Shown: in pieces, positions 27,736 through 39,690 of the stretch
How positions within the stretch are numbered: position 1 is the first letter of the stretch
Layout: each line of letters begins with the position of its first letter
DNA from: a virus
Lineage: Duplodnaviria > Caudoviricetes
Strand: one strand, 5' to 3'
Virus record (IMG/VR): IMGVR_UViG_3300027759_000109
Location: 1-57,002 of that record
DNA length: 57,002 nucleotides
Program-made: the position numbers and the translations under genes
The notes under the pieces: model-generated
What the model was told of the DNA's origin: nothing
The model's input: the letters and a program-made list of their open reading frames with translations, nothing else
Databases searched by the model: none

Positions 27736-28257
27736 CTGTCCACCTAACGCAAACTTGACATCTAATTTCTTTTTGAAGAGTTCCGCCCTATCGTTGAGGG
27801 TCTCTTGATTATACTTCTCAATCTTAAAGTTGTGTTTGGATTTGGAACTTATGATTGGTCTATACATGATGGCTGCGATAATATGTAGATAATCCATCAC
27901 CTCCTCTGGTTTCTTTGTTAATAATGTATCAAGGTCAGCAAACTCACCAAACGTAATTTCCTTATATGATGGTAGATACCCGTACTTAACACCATTCAAT
28001 TCAAATGTATCTACTAAATTATATGGTGGTCGTGGGACCATGGCGAAGATTGATGTGGATAGAAACTCAACCTTATGATGTTCAGCTTCCAATAAGTCAT
28101 TCATCGGACAACTGGTTAATAAGTTAATAACCTTTGCGTGAAGATATTCATCCTCAAACAAATCCTTAACTTTAAAAATCTTTACATAATCCTCTATGGA
28201 TAAATAATCAGGTAAGTTATAATCATTACCGTTAAAATTAAATGTTACATTACTCAT
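27505..28257 (-). CDS. Tail assembly chaperone (unshifted product)
   Basis: KYGYLP...ITFGEFADLD..LH.I.A.MYRP..IEKY motif; slippery T9 at GQFFF. Confidence 0.65.
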   Translation of the reverse strand: MSNVTFNFNGNDYNLPDYLSIEDYVKIFKVKDLFEDEYLHAKVINLLTSCPMNDLLEAEHHKVEFLSTSIFAMVPRPPYNLVDTFELNGVKYGYLPSYKEITFGEFADLDTLLTKKPEEVMDYLHIIAAIMYRPIISSKSKHNFKIEKYNQETLNDRAELFKKKLDVKFALGGQFFFTNFGKRLSNYTRLSLTQKIRREWEMTKWIVKNWSLVWKLLSKKDSDGTSSLIDYQITKSMNTIKSLTKKLLKR

Positions 28258-28272
28258 ATATATATATATATT

Positions 28273-30913
<2,641 letters not shown>

Positions 30914-30952
30914 TCAAAAACGAAACATTACTTCCGTTTAATTTAAATTTTT

Positions 30953-31345
30953 TTATTCTGTAATATTAATATTAATAGAAATAGTTTCACCATTTGAAGT
31001 TAGGTCAACTTTCTTTGGTGCTTCCATTCCTAATATCTTTGTTATGTCTCTTAGAACTTCTGATTCAATCCTTCTATTACCTTGTAGTCTACAACGATTT
31101 AAAAGGTCATACAGACGATTTAATTGTTCGGTTAGTATTTCCTCTTGGTTCTGAGTATATCGTTCCTTCAGACGGTTCCTAACATCCTTCCAAACGTTTT
31201 CCGCTTGTCTTGTTGTTATATCATATTCTTGTGCGAACTGTTTCTTAAATTCATCATATGATTTTTTCTCATATAACATTAACTCAAAGGCACGTTCCAT
31301 CCTTTGTTCATATTCTATTTCGTTTGCTTTGTTTTCTTTGCTCAT
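30953..31345 (-). CDS. Putative terminase small subunit
   Basis: Helical 130 aa upstream of TerL; C-terminal KKVDLTSNGETI motif. Confidence 0.6.
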   Translation of the reverse strand: MSKENKANEIEYEQRMERAFELMLYEKKSYDEFKKQFAQEYDITTRQAENVWKDVRNRLKERYTQNQEEILTEQLNRLYDLLNRCRLQGNRRIESEVLRDITKILGMEAPKKVDLTSNGETISININITE

Positions 31346-31701
31346 AATATTCCTATGTTATTTAAGTGATTGGTAAACTTTCTTGCTTGACCTTTACCAC
31401 ATCCTCCACAGTTAAATATAAATTCTTCACCAAAGAGTGCCTGATATACTTTTTGAATAAATTCTTTCTTGTCTTCTTTCACCCCACCGAATGATGTAAG
31501 TTCAGCGTATGCAAGTTTAATATCCTCTACGGTTGGAATATATATTTCAGGTTCCAAGTCAAATGGTAATGGTACATTTTCTACCACAACTTCTTTTGGT
31601 TTCTTACAAGTTGTACACTTTGTTCTCTTTTGTTTGCCAGGATTTTCAATAGAGTTTTGTTTTAACTTTTCTAATCTATCCTTACTTCCGAGTTTGTCCA
31701 T
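31342..31701 (-). CDS. Hypothetical Cys-motif protein
   Basis: 119 aa with CTTC and CGGC; translationally coupled. Confidence 0.6.
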   Translation of the reverse strand: MDKLGSKDRLEKLKQNSIENPGKQKRTKCTTCKKPKEVVVENVPLPFDLEPEIYIPTVEDIKLAYAELTSFGGVKEDKKEFIQKVYQALFGEEFIFNCGGCGKGQARKFTNHLNNIGIL

Positions 31702-31704
31702 ATT

Positions 31705-31845
31705 TTAGTTCTGAGTTTGTCCACTTATTGGTGTTATTTCATCTATGTTATTATACCAATCTTCTTGTGGTTGAGGTATTGGTTCAGGCGTTGGTTCAGG
31801 TTTTGGTACTTCTTGAAGTGCTCTACCTTTTTTACAGTTACACAT
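31705..31845 (-). CDS. Small Pro-rich protein (46 aa) missing from the ORF track
   Basis: MCNCKKGRALQEVPKPEPTPEPIPQPQEDWYNNIDEITPISGQTQN; overlaps upstream stop and ends 3 nt before next ATG. Confidence 0.6.
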   Translation of the reverse strand: MCNCKKGRALQEVPKPEPTPEPIPQPQEDWYNNIDEITPISGQTQN

Positions 31846-32068
31846 CTTGTTCTATATTTTCTCCTTCTACGATAACAGTATTTTCCCTATTGATTCTTTC
31901 TTGTTCTCTTTGTTTTAACATTACATCATATAGTTCAAGTAACTGTTGTCTTTCTTCAGGAGTATGTTTGTTTATCTGTTCCATTGTTTCTCTTTGAATC
32001 TTTAGGAACATCTTCTTTGATTCTCTATCTTGGAATCTTTTGTTTCTTCTTGTTGGTGATGCACTCAT
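31838..32068 (-). CDS. Hypothetical protein
   Basis: 76 aa charged helical ORF, coupled to neighbours. Confidence 0.6.
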   Translation of the reverse strand: MSASPTRRNKRFQDRESKKMFLKIQRETMEQINKHTPEERQQLLELYDVMLKQREQERINRENTVIVEGENIEQDV

Positions 32069-32592
32069 TCTTTTATCTTTTTACCGTGAATGACCCCCTG
32101 ATAATCTATATCAATATGGTCAAACTTATAATAGTTTATTTCATAACCGTTGTTTTCTAATATATGTTCTATTGATAATAGACAACTCAAGTTGTGGTAC
32201 TCACACGCTATCTCATCTATACCATCAAAATGTTTATATTCAATTGCGTTCATCATTATTTCAGATCCTTCCACATCAATCTTCATTACCTGTGGTTTGT
32301 AATAGTCCATATACATAATAAACTTCTCGTGCCTATCTACCATATCCATATGTGGAATGAAGTGTTGAACATTATAGTTTTGTTTAAACCATTCGTATGA
32401 TTGTGGGTTTCCATCCACACCAATTACCTTTGATGCTTTACGTTCCTGTAAAAAATATACTGGTGTTGGTGTAAACTCTGAGTTGATTCCACATCCTAAA
32501 TCTAATACAACCTTATCTCTGATGTTTAAAAATCCCCAATGAATGTCTGGTGATTCTGATGTGATGATTCCTTTTGGTTCCCTAATCTTCAT
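32065..32592 (-). CDS. SAM-dependent (FkbM-like) methyltransferase
   Basis: VLDLGCG and MKIDVEGSE motifs. Confidence 0.75.
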   Translation of the reverse strand: MKIREPKGIITSESPDIHWGFLNIRDKVVLDLGCGINSEFTPTPVYFLQERKASKVIGVDGNPQSYEWFKQNYNVQHFIPHMDMVDRHEKFIMYMDYYKPQVMKIDVEGSEIMMNAIEYKHFDGIDEIACEYHNLSCLLSIEHILENNGYEINYYKFDHIDIDYQGVIHGKKIKE

Positions 32593-33103
32593 TTTCTAAT
32601 CTTTTTAATATTTTTGTTTTAACTTCTTTTCTTGCTTCTTTGATATATCTTGAAATAGAAGGTAGTGGTATGGTTGTCTTCTTTGATACTTTCTTTAATG
32701 ACCCAAGCGTTAAATACATTTCAAACAAACTCTTATGAAACCAATTCAACTCACTAAACTCTGCTTCTAATATATCATAAATATTTTGTACTTCAAATGA
32801 TTCTTGGTCTGATTCCATCTCAGCAATACCATTTAAGTCTACATACAATGTATGTTCCCTCCTTACCCTATAATAAAATGGTGATGTTTTTGAATAGAAA
32901 TTTGTCCTGAGTATTGCGGTAATATAATACCTGATTGAATTGTCATCGTATGACTTTAAAATGATTTCGTCTTTGTCATACAATTGTAGAATTACTTCGT
33001 GTAATAAATCTTTGGATAGGTCGTGATGTTTGGTTATTCTCTCTGAAATGTTTGAGAGTAAGTAATAGTTCTTCGTTATGTAAGCCTCTATTATTTTATT
33101 CAT
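32582..33103 (-). CDS. ECF/sigma-70-like sigma factor (unit B)
   Basis: Diverged homologue of 340..867. Confidence 0.65.
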   Translation of the reverse strand: MNKIIEAYITKNYYLLSNISERITKHHDLSKDLLHEVILQLYDKDEIILKSYDDNSIRYYITAILRTNFYSKTSPFYYRVRREHTLYVDLNGIAEMESDQESFEVQNIYDILEAEFSELNWFHKSLFEMYLTLGSLKKVSKKTTIPLPSISRYIKEARKEVKTKILKRLENED

Positions 33104-33365
33104 TTTTAGTTAATAATGTTTTCACATCTGAAAGAACTTGTACGACCTCGTAATTCTCATCTCCCAAATTAGTTATAATAGAACTTTCAATAATTCCATC
33201 CAATATTTCTAACCTATCTATTTCAGGTTCAACACTTCTATCAATAATATGTAACATTGAATCTATTATAGTATTACATAATGATACCCTTTGTCTATGA
33301 GTAAACTTAAAATAGTCTTTTGGTATATTTAATTCACCTATGTCAACCGTTTCCTTATGCTCCAT
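33096..33365 (-). CDS. Hypothetical protein
   Basis: Homologue of 857..1120. Confidence 0.6.
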   Translation of the reverse strand: MEHKETVDIGELNIPKDYFKFTHRQRVSLCNTIIDSMLHIIDRSVEPEIDRLEILDGIIESSIITNLGDENYEVVQVLSDVKTLLTKNE

Positions 33366-34101
33366 TCTTATTTATAAGTTTTTGTATGCTGGCTGTTGAT
33401 ACACCATACTTTATAGCAATTCTTTTATAAGACCAATCCTTACTTGAATTATATAATTCTATTATCTCTTTTCTATGTTCAGGATTCCAATTTATTTCTG
33501 ATGTATAGATTAATTTCTTTTTAACCTTTGGAAATACCAATTTACCATTAATATATTCTTTAACACCAGGTTTTAAGAAATGACCACACTCATCACTATA
33601 AGTATAACCGAGTGCCTTCATTACCATATAGGTTTGTTCCTTTTGATATTCATCAGCCCATACCCCAACTTTATTATATACTCTTTCTGAACCACCACTT
33701 GTTTCTAATTCCCCGTATCTACTCTCCCTTCTTCTATCTAATTCCCTTTTGTTACAACATTTTCTACAATCAAGATATGTGGTTTTTTTACTTTTACCGT
33801 GATAATAATAATCATCCATCCTATGTTTATACTGCTGACAGGTTCTACATAACTTGTAGTCAGGATTTGTTGAGAATAGATTCTGTTCCACAGGTTGAGG
33901 TTGCAATACCTCTATTTCTAATTCTAAGACCACTGGTTCAATTATCTCTTTCATTGTGATACTTTCCTTGTATTTTGTTTTTTGATTCTTAAAACAAGAC
34001 TTACAGATTCTTCTTGTACGCCATTTCTTTTGAGTGGAATGGTAATAACTATAATACTCATTTTCCTGTTTATCAATTGAACATTTACTACACTTAATCA
34101 T
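33355..34101 (-). CDS. Double zinc-finger plus HTH protein
   Basis: Near-identical to 1101..1862. Confidence 0.7.
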   Translation of the reverse strand: MIKCSKCSIDKQENEYYSYYHSTQKKWRTRRICKSCFKNQKTKYKESITMKEIIEPVVLELEIEVLQPQPVEQNLFSTNPDYKLCRTCQQYKHRMDDYYYHGKSKKTTYLDCRKCCNKRELDRRRESRYGELETSGGSERVYNKVGVWADEYQKEQTYMVMKALGYTYSDECGHFLKPGVKEYINGKLVFPKVKKKLIYTSEINWNPEHRKEIIELYNSSKDWSYKRIAIKYGVSTASIQKLINKNGA

Positions 34102-34210
34102 AAATACTTGCGTTTAAACGAAAAACCCCCACCTAACAAAATATTAGGTAGGGGAAGAAAATTCCTAATGTTTGGGAACATATTAGAATAATAAATATTA
34201 CACAAACATC

Positions 34211-34636
34211 TTAAAAAAGTAAATGGTCAATCTGTACTGCCTTTGATGTAGGTAAATCACCTACTAGTTTCTTTATTACATCAGTACTACCATTATTGTA
34301 GTAAGTAGATTTCAACATTGATTGTTCTCTCCACACTGGTTCTTCTATCTCTTTCAAATCAAAGATGTAGATACCGTTAGGTGTTGAGTTAACATACCAA
34401 CAGTTTTCTTTTTCCATTAATACTTTGTACTTGTCTTGTTGAATGAACAGAAAACCATTATGGTGGTCATCCCTACACTTTGCCTCCATCCAAATATCGG
34501 ATTCAGGATAATGCCAGTCAATAATTGAGTGCGGATCTTTTTCGTTGAGGTCTATGAGTCCAGTATATCTGGTGCTCATTAACTTGAACAATTCCTGTTC
34601 ATTCATATTGGATAGATATTTTTCTCTGTTGAACAT
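34211..34636 (-). CDS. PD-(D/E)XK-like nuclease
   Basis: ID....MEAKCR and YVNSTPNGIYIFDL motifs; occupies the slot of the HNH gene in unit A. Confidence 0.55.
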   Translation of the reverse strand: MFNREKYLSNMNEQELFKLMSTRYTGLIDLNEKDPHSIIDWHYPESDIWMEAKCRDDHHNGFLFIQQDKYKVLMEKENCWYVNSTPNGIYIFDLKEIEEPVWREQSMLKSTYYNNGSTDVIKKLVGDLPTSKAVQIDHLLF

Positions 34637-34637
34637 A

Positions 34638-35123
34638 TTACATTAGTTTTTTATACGCGTGAATGTGTGCGATAGTTAATTCATTTACTTCCATATAGTT
34701 CTTTGTATTTTGAATAAACTTTTCCGCAGTGTTAGTTGAGATTAAATCCAATTTCCATTTACGATTATCATTTTCAAAAAACAGGTTCAAATATTCTTCC
34801 AAATATTCTTTACCAAAATTCATTAATACATTTACCTGTGGAACTTTGATGTCGTCCAGTATACTAGAACTTGTATCTGTTGAGGTATTATCAAATAGTT
34901 TTTTATCAACTAGCGAGTTACCATCCCTAAATTCCCTATCTCTTTTATACATATCAATTATTACTCGTTCGTATGTACTGCGAGAATCTTCAGGTATTTC
35001 TAATACTTCCAATATGTATTTTTCCTTTCGTTCTTGTGATAGATAAGAAAATTTGATAGGGCGTATTTCACCTGCTCTGTATTTCCATACGCCATCTGTT
35101 GTTAATTCTGGTCTGTTTGCCAT
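34638..35123 (-). CDS. Hypothetical fusion protein (120-aa-protein domain plus initiator C-terminal domain)
   Basis: N half resembles 2490..2852; C half resembles the end of 2864..3598. Confidence 0.6.
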   Translation of the reverse strand: MANRPELTTDGVWKYRAGEIRPIKFSYLSQERKEKYILEVLEIPEDSRSTYERVIIDMYKRDREFRDGNSLVDKKLFDNTSTDTSSSILDDIKVPQVNVLMNFGKEYLEEYLNLFFENDNRKWKLDLISTNTAEKFIQNTKNYMEVNELTIAHIHAYKKLM

Positions 35124-35151
35124 TTCTATTTTGTTTAAGTTAAAGATATAT

Positions 35152-35250
35152 GCGAGTATATTCGCCTATTTTATATATACAAATTTAAATAATTAAATTG
35201 ATAAAAAAAAATCTCAAAGAAGATATGCGAACATTCTCGCTCATACTCGC
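35152..35250. promoter_or_regulatory. GCGA-N6-TCGC operator-like palindromes flanking a TAnnTTTG element
   Basis: GCGAGTATATTCGC 35152-35165; GCGAACATTCTCGC 35227-35240; TAAATTTG on minus strand at 35180-35187. Confidence 0.45.
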
Positions 35251-35509
35251 TCCTTTCTTTTATTTGTTTTTTATACTGGTGCTCTATGCTGGGTAAAATG
35301 CTGGATAAAAAATTTCAATAAAAATTTTACACGGTCCAACAGGGGTGATTACCTGAAGTCTAGTAGTTTATTTGAAATGGTTCCTACTCCACCATTAGAA
35401 TGTGTATAACAATAAATACATAATTTTTTCCGAAAAGACAAATTTTCCAATAAATTTTTTTTTATCAATTATTCTTCGTATATTTGATTAAACAATAAAA
35501 CAAACAGAA

Positions 35510-35743
35510 ATGGCAGAACTACAATTTTACAGCACAGATATCAAAATCTTGCAACAATCTCAAAGTAAATTAGTACTTGAGTATTTGAATCTTATGGGTA
35601 TTAAACCTACCGTAGAAGAACTTTGGAGAGTAACTGAAGTATTTGTTCAATGTTGTCTTCATAACCAAGACGATGACCTTAAAAAGAGAATTAAAGCGTT
35701 GGATGAGTGGGTTGTAAAAAAACAATCTAAAAATAAAGTATAA
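35510..35743 (+). CDS. Hypothetical early protein
   Basis: 77 aa; TATATTTG at 35479-35486; positional counterpart of 3821..4099. Confidence 0.7.
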   Translation: MAELQFYSTDIKILQQSQSKLVLEYLNLMGIKPTVEELWRVTEVFVQCCLHNQDDDLKKRIKALDEWVVKKQSKNKV

Positions 35744-35812
35744 TACATTTTTGTTTATATAGTGTTAAGGGGGATTTGGTTGGTGTACCATTTCTCCCTT
35801 TTTTAAATATTT

Positions 35813-36136
35813 ATGGTTATGAGAAATTTTAAATTCCTTTCATCTGTTGATGATGAAGATGCAATTGAACCGAATCTTGATAGATTCCATCAACTGATAG
35901 GTTATCAAAGAAGAACTGAAGTGGACATTATTCCAACAGAACCACCCCAAATTTACACTCAAATCATAAGAGTGGAACTTCCTATCAATGAGATGACAGA
36001 AGACCATTTAAATCAACTTAAAATGAGTAATCAGAGTATCTTACTTAATGAAATATCAAACACATTAGATTTTCGTCACGAGATAATTTCAGTTGATGGG
36101 AATGGATTTACACTTAGAACAGAATTATTTCTTTAA
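35813..36136 (+). CDS. Hypothetical protein
   Basis: Highly similar to 4165..4488. Confidence 0.7.
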   Translation: MVMRNFKFLSSVDDEDAIEPNLDRFHQLIGYQRRTEVDIIPTEPPQIYTQIIRVELPINEMTEDHLNQLKMSNQSILLNEISNTLDFRHEIISVDGNGFTLRTELFL

Positions 36137-36175
36137 CATTTGTTTTTTTAAAAATATTTTCATATATTTATAATT

Positions 36176-36296
36176 GTAAGGGCGGATACATTTTTATTCT
36201 AAATCTGATATTGCCATTTCATATAGTACATCCGTCCTTACTTTACTTATATAGATAGTGATTTTACTTAAAACCCTGACTTTGTCGGGGTTTTTT
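36176..36296 (+). ncRNA. Putative small RNA (unit B copy)
   Basis: TATATTTATA 36163-36172; stem 36176-36187/36230-36241; terminator 36270-36296. Confidence 0.6.
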
Positions 36297-36384
36297 GTTT
36301 GTGGATATGTCAATAACTTTTTTATAAAGTATTTTGATATTGTATAAATTAATATTACCTTTATTAAAATAAAAATCAATAGAT

Positions 36385-36861
36385 ATGAAATGGAATAAAG
36401 ATAAGGTTACAGAAATTGCTAAACAATATTCTAATCAAAAAGAATTTAGAAAGGCTAACATTGGGGCGTTTGAATATTCTAAACGTACTGGTTTATTAGA
36501 TGTTTTATTCCCCGATAGAAAGAAGAATGAAACTAATTGGACAGTTGATAAGGTTAAGGATATTGCGTCCAAATATCGTAGACGTAAAGACTTTTGTCAG
36601 ATTGAAAAGTCGGCTGCTGGTATGGCATACCGATTTGGTATTATGAATGAACTTTACCCACACAAAGAGTTTAAGACTCATACTCCAACCGAAGAGGAAA
36701 TGAAAGGACGCACAAAGAGATGTTGTCACTGTAAAGAAGAATTACCTTTAAAGTATTTCCACAAGAATAGAGTATTTTTTGATGGTCTTGCACACAACTG
36801 TAAGAACTGTACCAATAGTTTTAACAGAGAAAGAATGAGATTAGTTAAAAATAAAAAATAA
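36385..36861 (+). CDS. Protein with homing-endonuclease-associated DNA-binding repeats and zinc finger
   Basis: Two W..DKV..IA..Y....F repeats plus CCHC..CKNC; absent from unit A; own hairpin terminator at ~36867-36895. Confidence 0.6.
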   Translation: MKWNKDKVTEIAKQYSNQKEFRKANIGAFEYSKRTGLLDVLFPDRKKNETNWTVDKVKDIASKYRRRKDFCQIEKSAAGMAYRFGIMNELYPHKEFKTHTPTEEEMKGRTKRCCHCKEELPLKYFHKNRVFFDGLAHNCKNCTNSFNRERMRLVKNKK

Positions 36862-36925
36862 ACAAATAAGGGACCTGTAATGGGTCCCTTTATTTTGTAT
36901 ATATAATTTTGTGAGAGGTGTTCAA

Positions 36926-37246
36926 TTACTCGTCCCACTTTGCTTTACAAACAGCATACGCTTGTCCTTCAGCATCGTATTCGGAACCAATCTCACTGAT
37001 ACATCTACTGATGTATTTTTGTTCATCTTCATCACTTGCTGGTGATGGAATAGGGAAACCTTCTTTTTTAATTTTAGATTGTTCTTCTTTGATTGGAACA
37101 CAATTAGGAACGGTCTTACCATCCAGTTCTTTAGTTCCTATAGCGATGTATCCTGGCCAACAAGCGTCTTCTAAATCCGCCATTTTCTTTGGATACTTAA
37201 TCTCAAAGTTATTTAATTTAAGATTGATGATTTGTTCTAATTTCAT
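36926..37246 (-). CDS. Small protein with CWxGY..VPNCVP module
   Basis: Homologue of 4667..4987. Confidence 0.7.
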   Translation of the reverse strand: MKLEQIINLKLNNFEIKYPKKMADLEDACWPGYIAIGTKELDGKTVPNCVPIKEEQSKIKKEGFPIPSPASDEDEQKYISRCISEIGSEYDAEGQAYAVCKAKWDE

Positions 37247-37458
37247 TTTAATAATTTTTGATATTCTTTGAATGTTAATTCTTTGTTTAATAAAAATACA
37301 CTATTATAGTTATGACTAATCCAACCAGTTAATTCGTGCTGTGTTATTTTATATTTCTTATCTAAATCAGGAATTTGAATTAATAATCTATCAAAGTAAT
37401 CTGATTTTCCTGTAAAGTTTAATTCTGTATCTGTTGGGTAAGGTAATTTAAAATCCAT
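37243..37458 (-). CDS. Hypothetical protein
   Basis: Near-identical to 4984..5199. Confidence 0.7.
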   Translation of the reverse strand: MDFKLPYPTDTELNFTGKSDYFDRLLIQIPDLDKKYKITQHELTGWISHNYNSVFLLNKELTFKEYQKLLK

Positions 37459-37699
37459 TCGTATTTTTTAATTTTTGATTTTCTTGTTTTAAACTATCAA
37501 TTGTTAATTCTAATCTAACAATATGTGCGGTAAGTTCTTCAACCTTTTTGGATAAGTCATCAATAACCACCTGATAAATCCTAATAGACTTTTCAAGGTT
37601 CTCTAAACGACCACCTTCAATTTCATTCTGTGATTTTTTGTATCCGACAAAGTAACCAATTAACGTGGTTACAACTGTCAATATAATTTGTTCTATCAT
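37448..37699 (-). CDS. Single-TM coiled-coil protein (holin-like)
   Basis: Near-identical to 5189..5440. Confidence 0.5.
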   Translation of the reverse strand: MIEQIILTVVTTLIGYFVGYKKSQNEIEGGRLENLEKSIRIYQVVIDDLSKKVEELTAHIVRLELTIDSLKQENQKLKNTNGF

Positions 37700-37710
37700 A
37701 TTATATTATA

Positions 37711-38331
37711 TTAATGACAATCAGAACAAGGAGGGTCATAGTGGTCCATTTCAGACCATACTCTTACACTCCTATTCAATTGGTCTCTACTATAACCATA
37801 TCTTGTTGTATGATTAAGATAGATTGGTGAATTGTACTTAGCAGTCTTATCAGGTATCATACCATCTATTGTTGAATAAGTTAGGTAGTCAGGGAATAAG
37901 TTTTGACCTAAACCTGTCATCAAATAATCAAGCAATCTCATTTTATAAAAATCTGAACGTTGTTGTTGAATGGTACGAAGATATTTCATCGTTTCAATAT
38001 CAACACCTGTTGCTGATTCCATATCACCAACCACAATTGCACGATTCATCGTTCTATAATGTAGGTGAGGTATCATTTCAAAGTACGCAGTTTGAATCAA
38101 ATATGGTGAGATAAAATCATTTACCAATGTTAACTCATCAGAATTAAATGTATTACCTGTTGATGATACTTGTGATAATAAATGATTATAGAATCTTGAT
38201 CCTAATAATGTCTGTAAATGAATATCTTGAGCGATACCTATTTCTGCTCGTATGGTATCCATATCAACATTTTTGTTAATGTTGGTGAATGCCTTAATTT
38301 TATTCTCAGATATTAATAATGTATTAGCCAT
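37711..38331 (-). CDS. Putative head-tail adaptor
   Basis: Homologue of 5442..6059. Confidence 0.55.
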   Translation of the reverse strand: MANTLLISENKIKAFTNINKNVDMDTIRAEIGIAQDIHLQTLLGSRFYNHLLSQVSSTGNTFNSDELTLVNDFISPYLIQTAYFEMIPHLHYRTMNRAIVVGDMESATGVDIETMKYLRTIQQQRSDFYKMRLLDYLMTGLGQNLFPDYLTYSTIDGMIPDKTAKYNSPIYLNHTTRYGYSRDQLNRSVRVWSEMDHYDPPCSDCH

Positions 38332-38337
38332 ATAAAA

Positions 38338-39687
38338 TTAGTTTGTTTCTTCGTCTCCTAAATAAACACTACATTCTTCTTCTGTTAATCCGTATCCACT
38401 CATTAACATATGTATTGCTTGTCCTCTTGTTATTTTTTCTTTGTTATATTCTCTTACAATTCTTAATAGACCTTGATATTCTCTGCCAGACAATTTCTTG
38501 ATATTCTCATTAATTGGTGTAGACTCCGCCTCAACAGATGTAACTGGTTTATCAATAACCGCAGGGTTATCGGTAACATCACCAGTTAAAAATAATGATA
38601 ATGGTTTAATTTCAAATGTTGTTGGTCTTTGGAATTTAAGTGAAATCAACTTATTGAATGTTGGTAATAATTGATATTGGTATGGTTGAATTACCATCTT
38701 TCTAAAGTACTCTGAATGGTCCACAATCTCCGCTCTTGACCCTAATTTACCTGCGGTGGATATACCATATAACTCACCTGAAGAAACCCTGTGAGCGGAA
38801 AGAATTGTACGAACAATATCCTCATAAATTGCTTGGTAATAACCATCGTTTGCCGATGTCTGTATTTGGGTTATTTCAGGTCCTAATTCCTTACTTTCGT
38901 TGAAAGAGATGATTGGTCTACCTGCGTTGTTTACAGATGAAAATTGGGACTCTAATGCTCTTGTAACAAGTCTTTGTTCTTCCTCGCCAGGAATACCATT
39001 ATTCATATTAATCCAAAGTGATGGCATCATACCATTCTTTAGATTGTTTGCGTGAAACTCTTTTATATTAACATCAATCTCAATAGCGGCAAGACCACCT
39101 GAATAATCAGGGTGTGGGTAGTAAGAATTAGACGGAGTATAAGATTTATAATAATATATCTGAGATGCTCCACCTTCGTTTTGATTGAATGAATCATATT
39201 CTTCTGGTACAAACTTTTTGGTATTTAACCAATCTGCTGAGTAATAAAACTTTTCAATTTCATCTGTTTCAGGATTTATTTTTCCACATCTAAGTCTACT
39301 ATAATCAATATGGTAAATCTCAGCAATACTTTCTCTGTCTCTTGACCATACCACATTTAATGCGTAACCACCAAACAGAACCAAATCCAACGCACATTTA
39401 TGATATACATCATAAACATTCTCCTTTGGATTGATTAGATTAATTGTTGCCATTGGATTGTTTAATGAAACAATTCCATCACCACAAATCTGTTCTTTTT
39501 TTGAAATTATAACTGACTTATGTATAGCACAATTTTGGTATCTTGAAATTAGGTATTGTGGCATCATATTATTTTCACCATAATAAACCCAGGGATATCT
39601 TTGAAATACTTCATTGAACACAGGTAACAATGGTTCCTGTGTAAAATTCATTTTCCCTAATTGATATTTTTGTTTTTCTTCACTCAT
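38338..39687 (-). CDS. Portal protein with C-terminal extension
   Basis: Homologue of 6061..7218, 64 aa longer. Confidence 0.85.
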   Translation of the reverse strand: MSEEKQKYQLGKMNFTQEPLLPVFNEVFQRYPWVYYGENNMMPQYLISRYQNCAIHKSVIISKKEQICGDGIVSLNNPMATINLINPKENVYDVYHKCALDLVLFGGYALNVVWSRDRESIAEIYHIDYSRLRCGKINPETDEIEKFYYSADWLNTKKFVPEEYDSFNQNEGGASQIYYYKSYTPSNSYYPHPDYSGGLAAIEIDVNIKEFHANNLKNGMMPSLWINMNNGIPGEEEQRLVTRALESQFSSVNNAGRPIISFNESKELGPEITQIQTSANDGYYQAIYEDIVRTILSAHRVSSGELYGISTAGKLGSRAEIVDHSEYFRKMVIQPYQYQLLPTFNKLISLKFQRPTTFEIKPLSLFLTGDVTDNPAVIDKPVTSVEAESTPINENIKKLSGREYQGLLRIVREYNKEKITRGQAIHMLMSGYGLTEEECSVYLGDEETN

Positions 39688-39690
39688 AAA

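Noticed and set aside
28255-28270. (TA)n microsatellite between TerL and chaperone
   Set aside because: Short and expected in AT-rich intergenic DNA; no comparison copy in the window
36194-36379. 61-aa minus ORF ending MAISDLE (A has a mini-ORF MAISNLE) across the sRNA
   Set aside because: The long ORF is not conserved in A and G-U pairs favour a + strand RNA; a 7-aa peptide cannot be fully excluded
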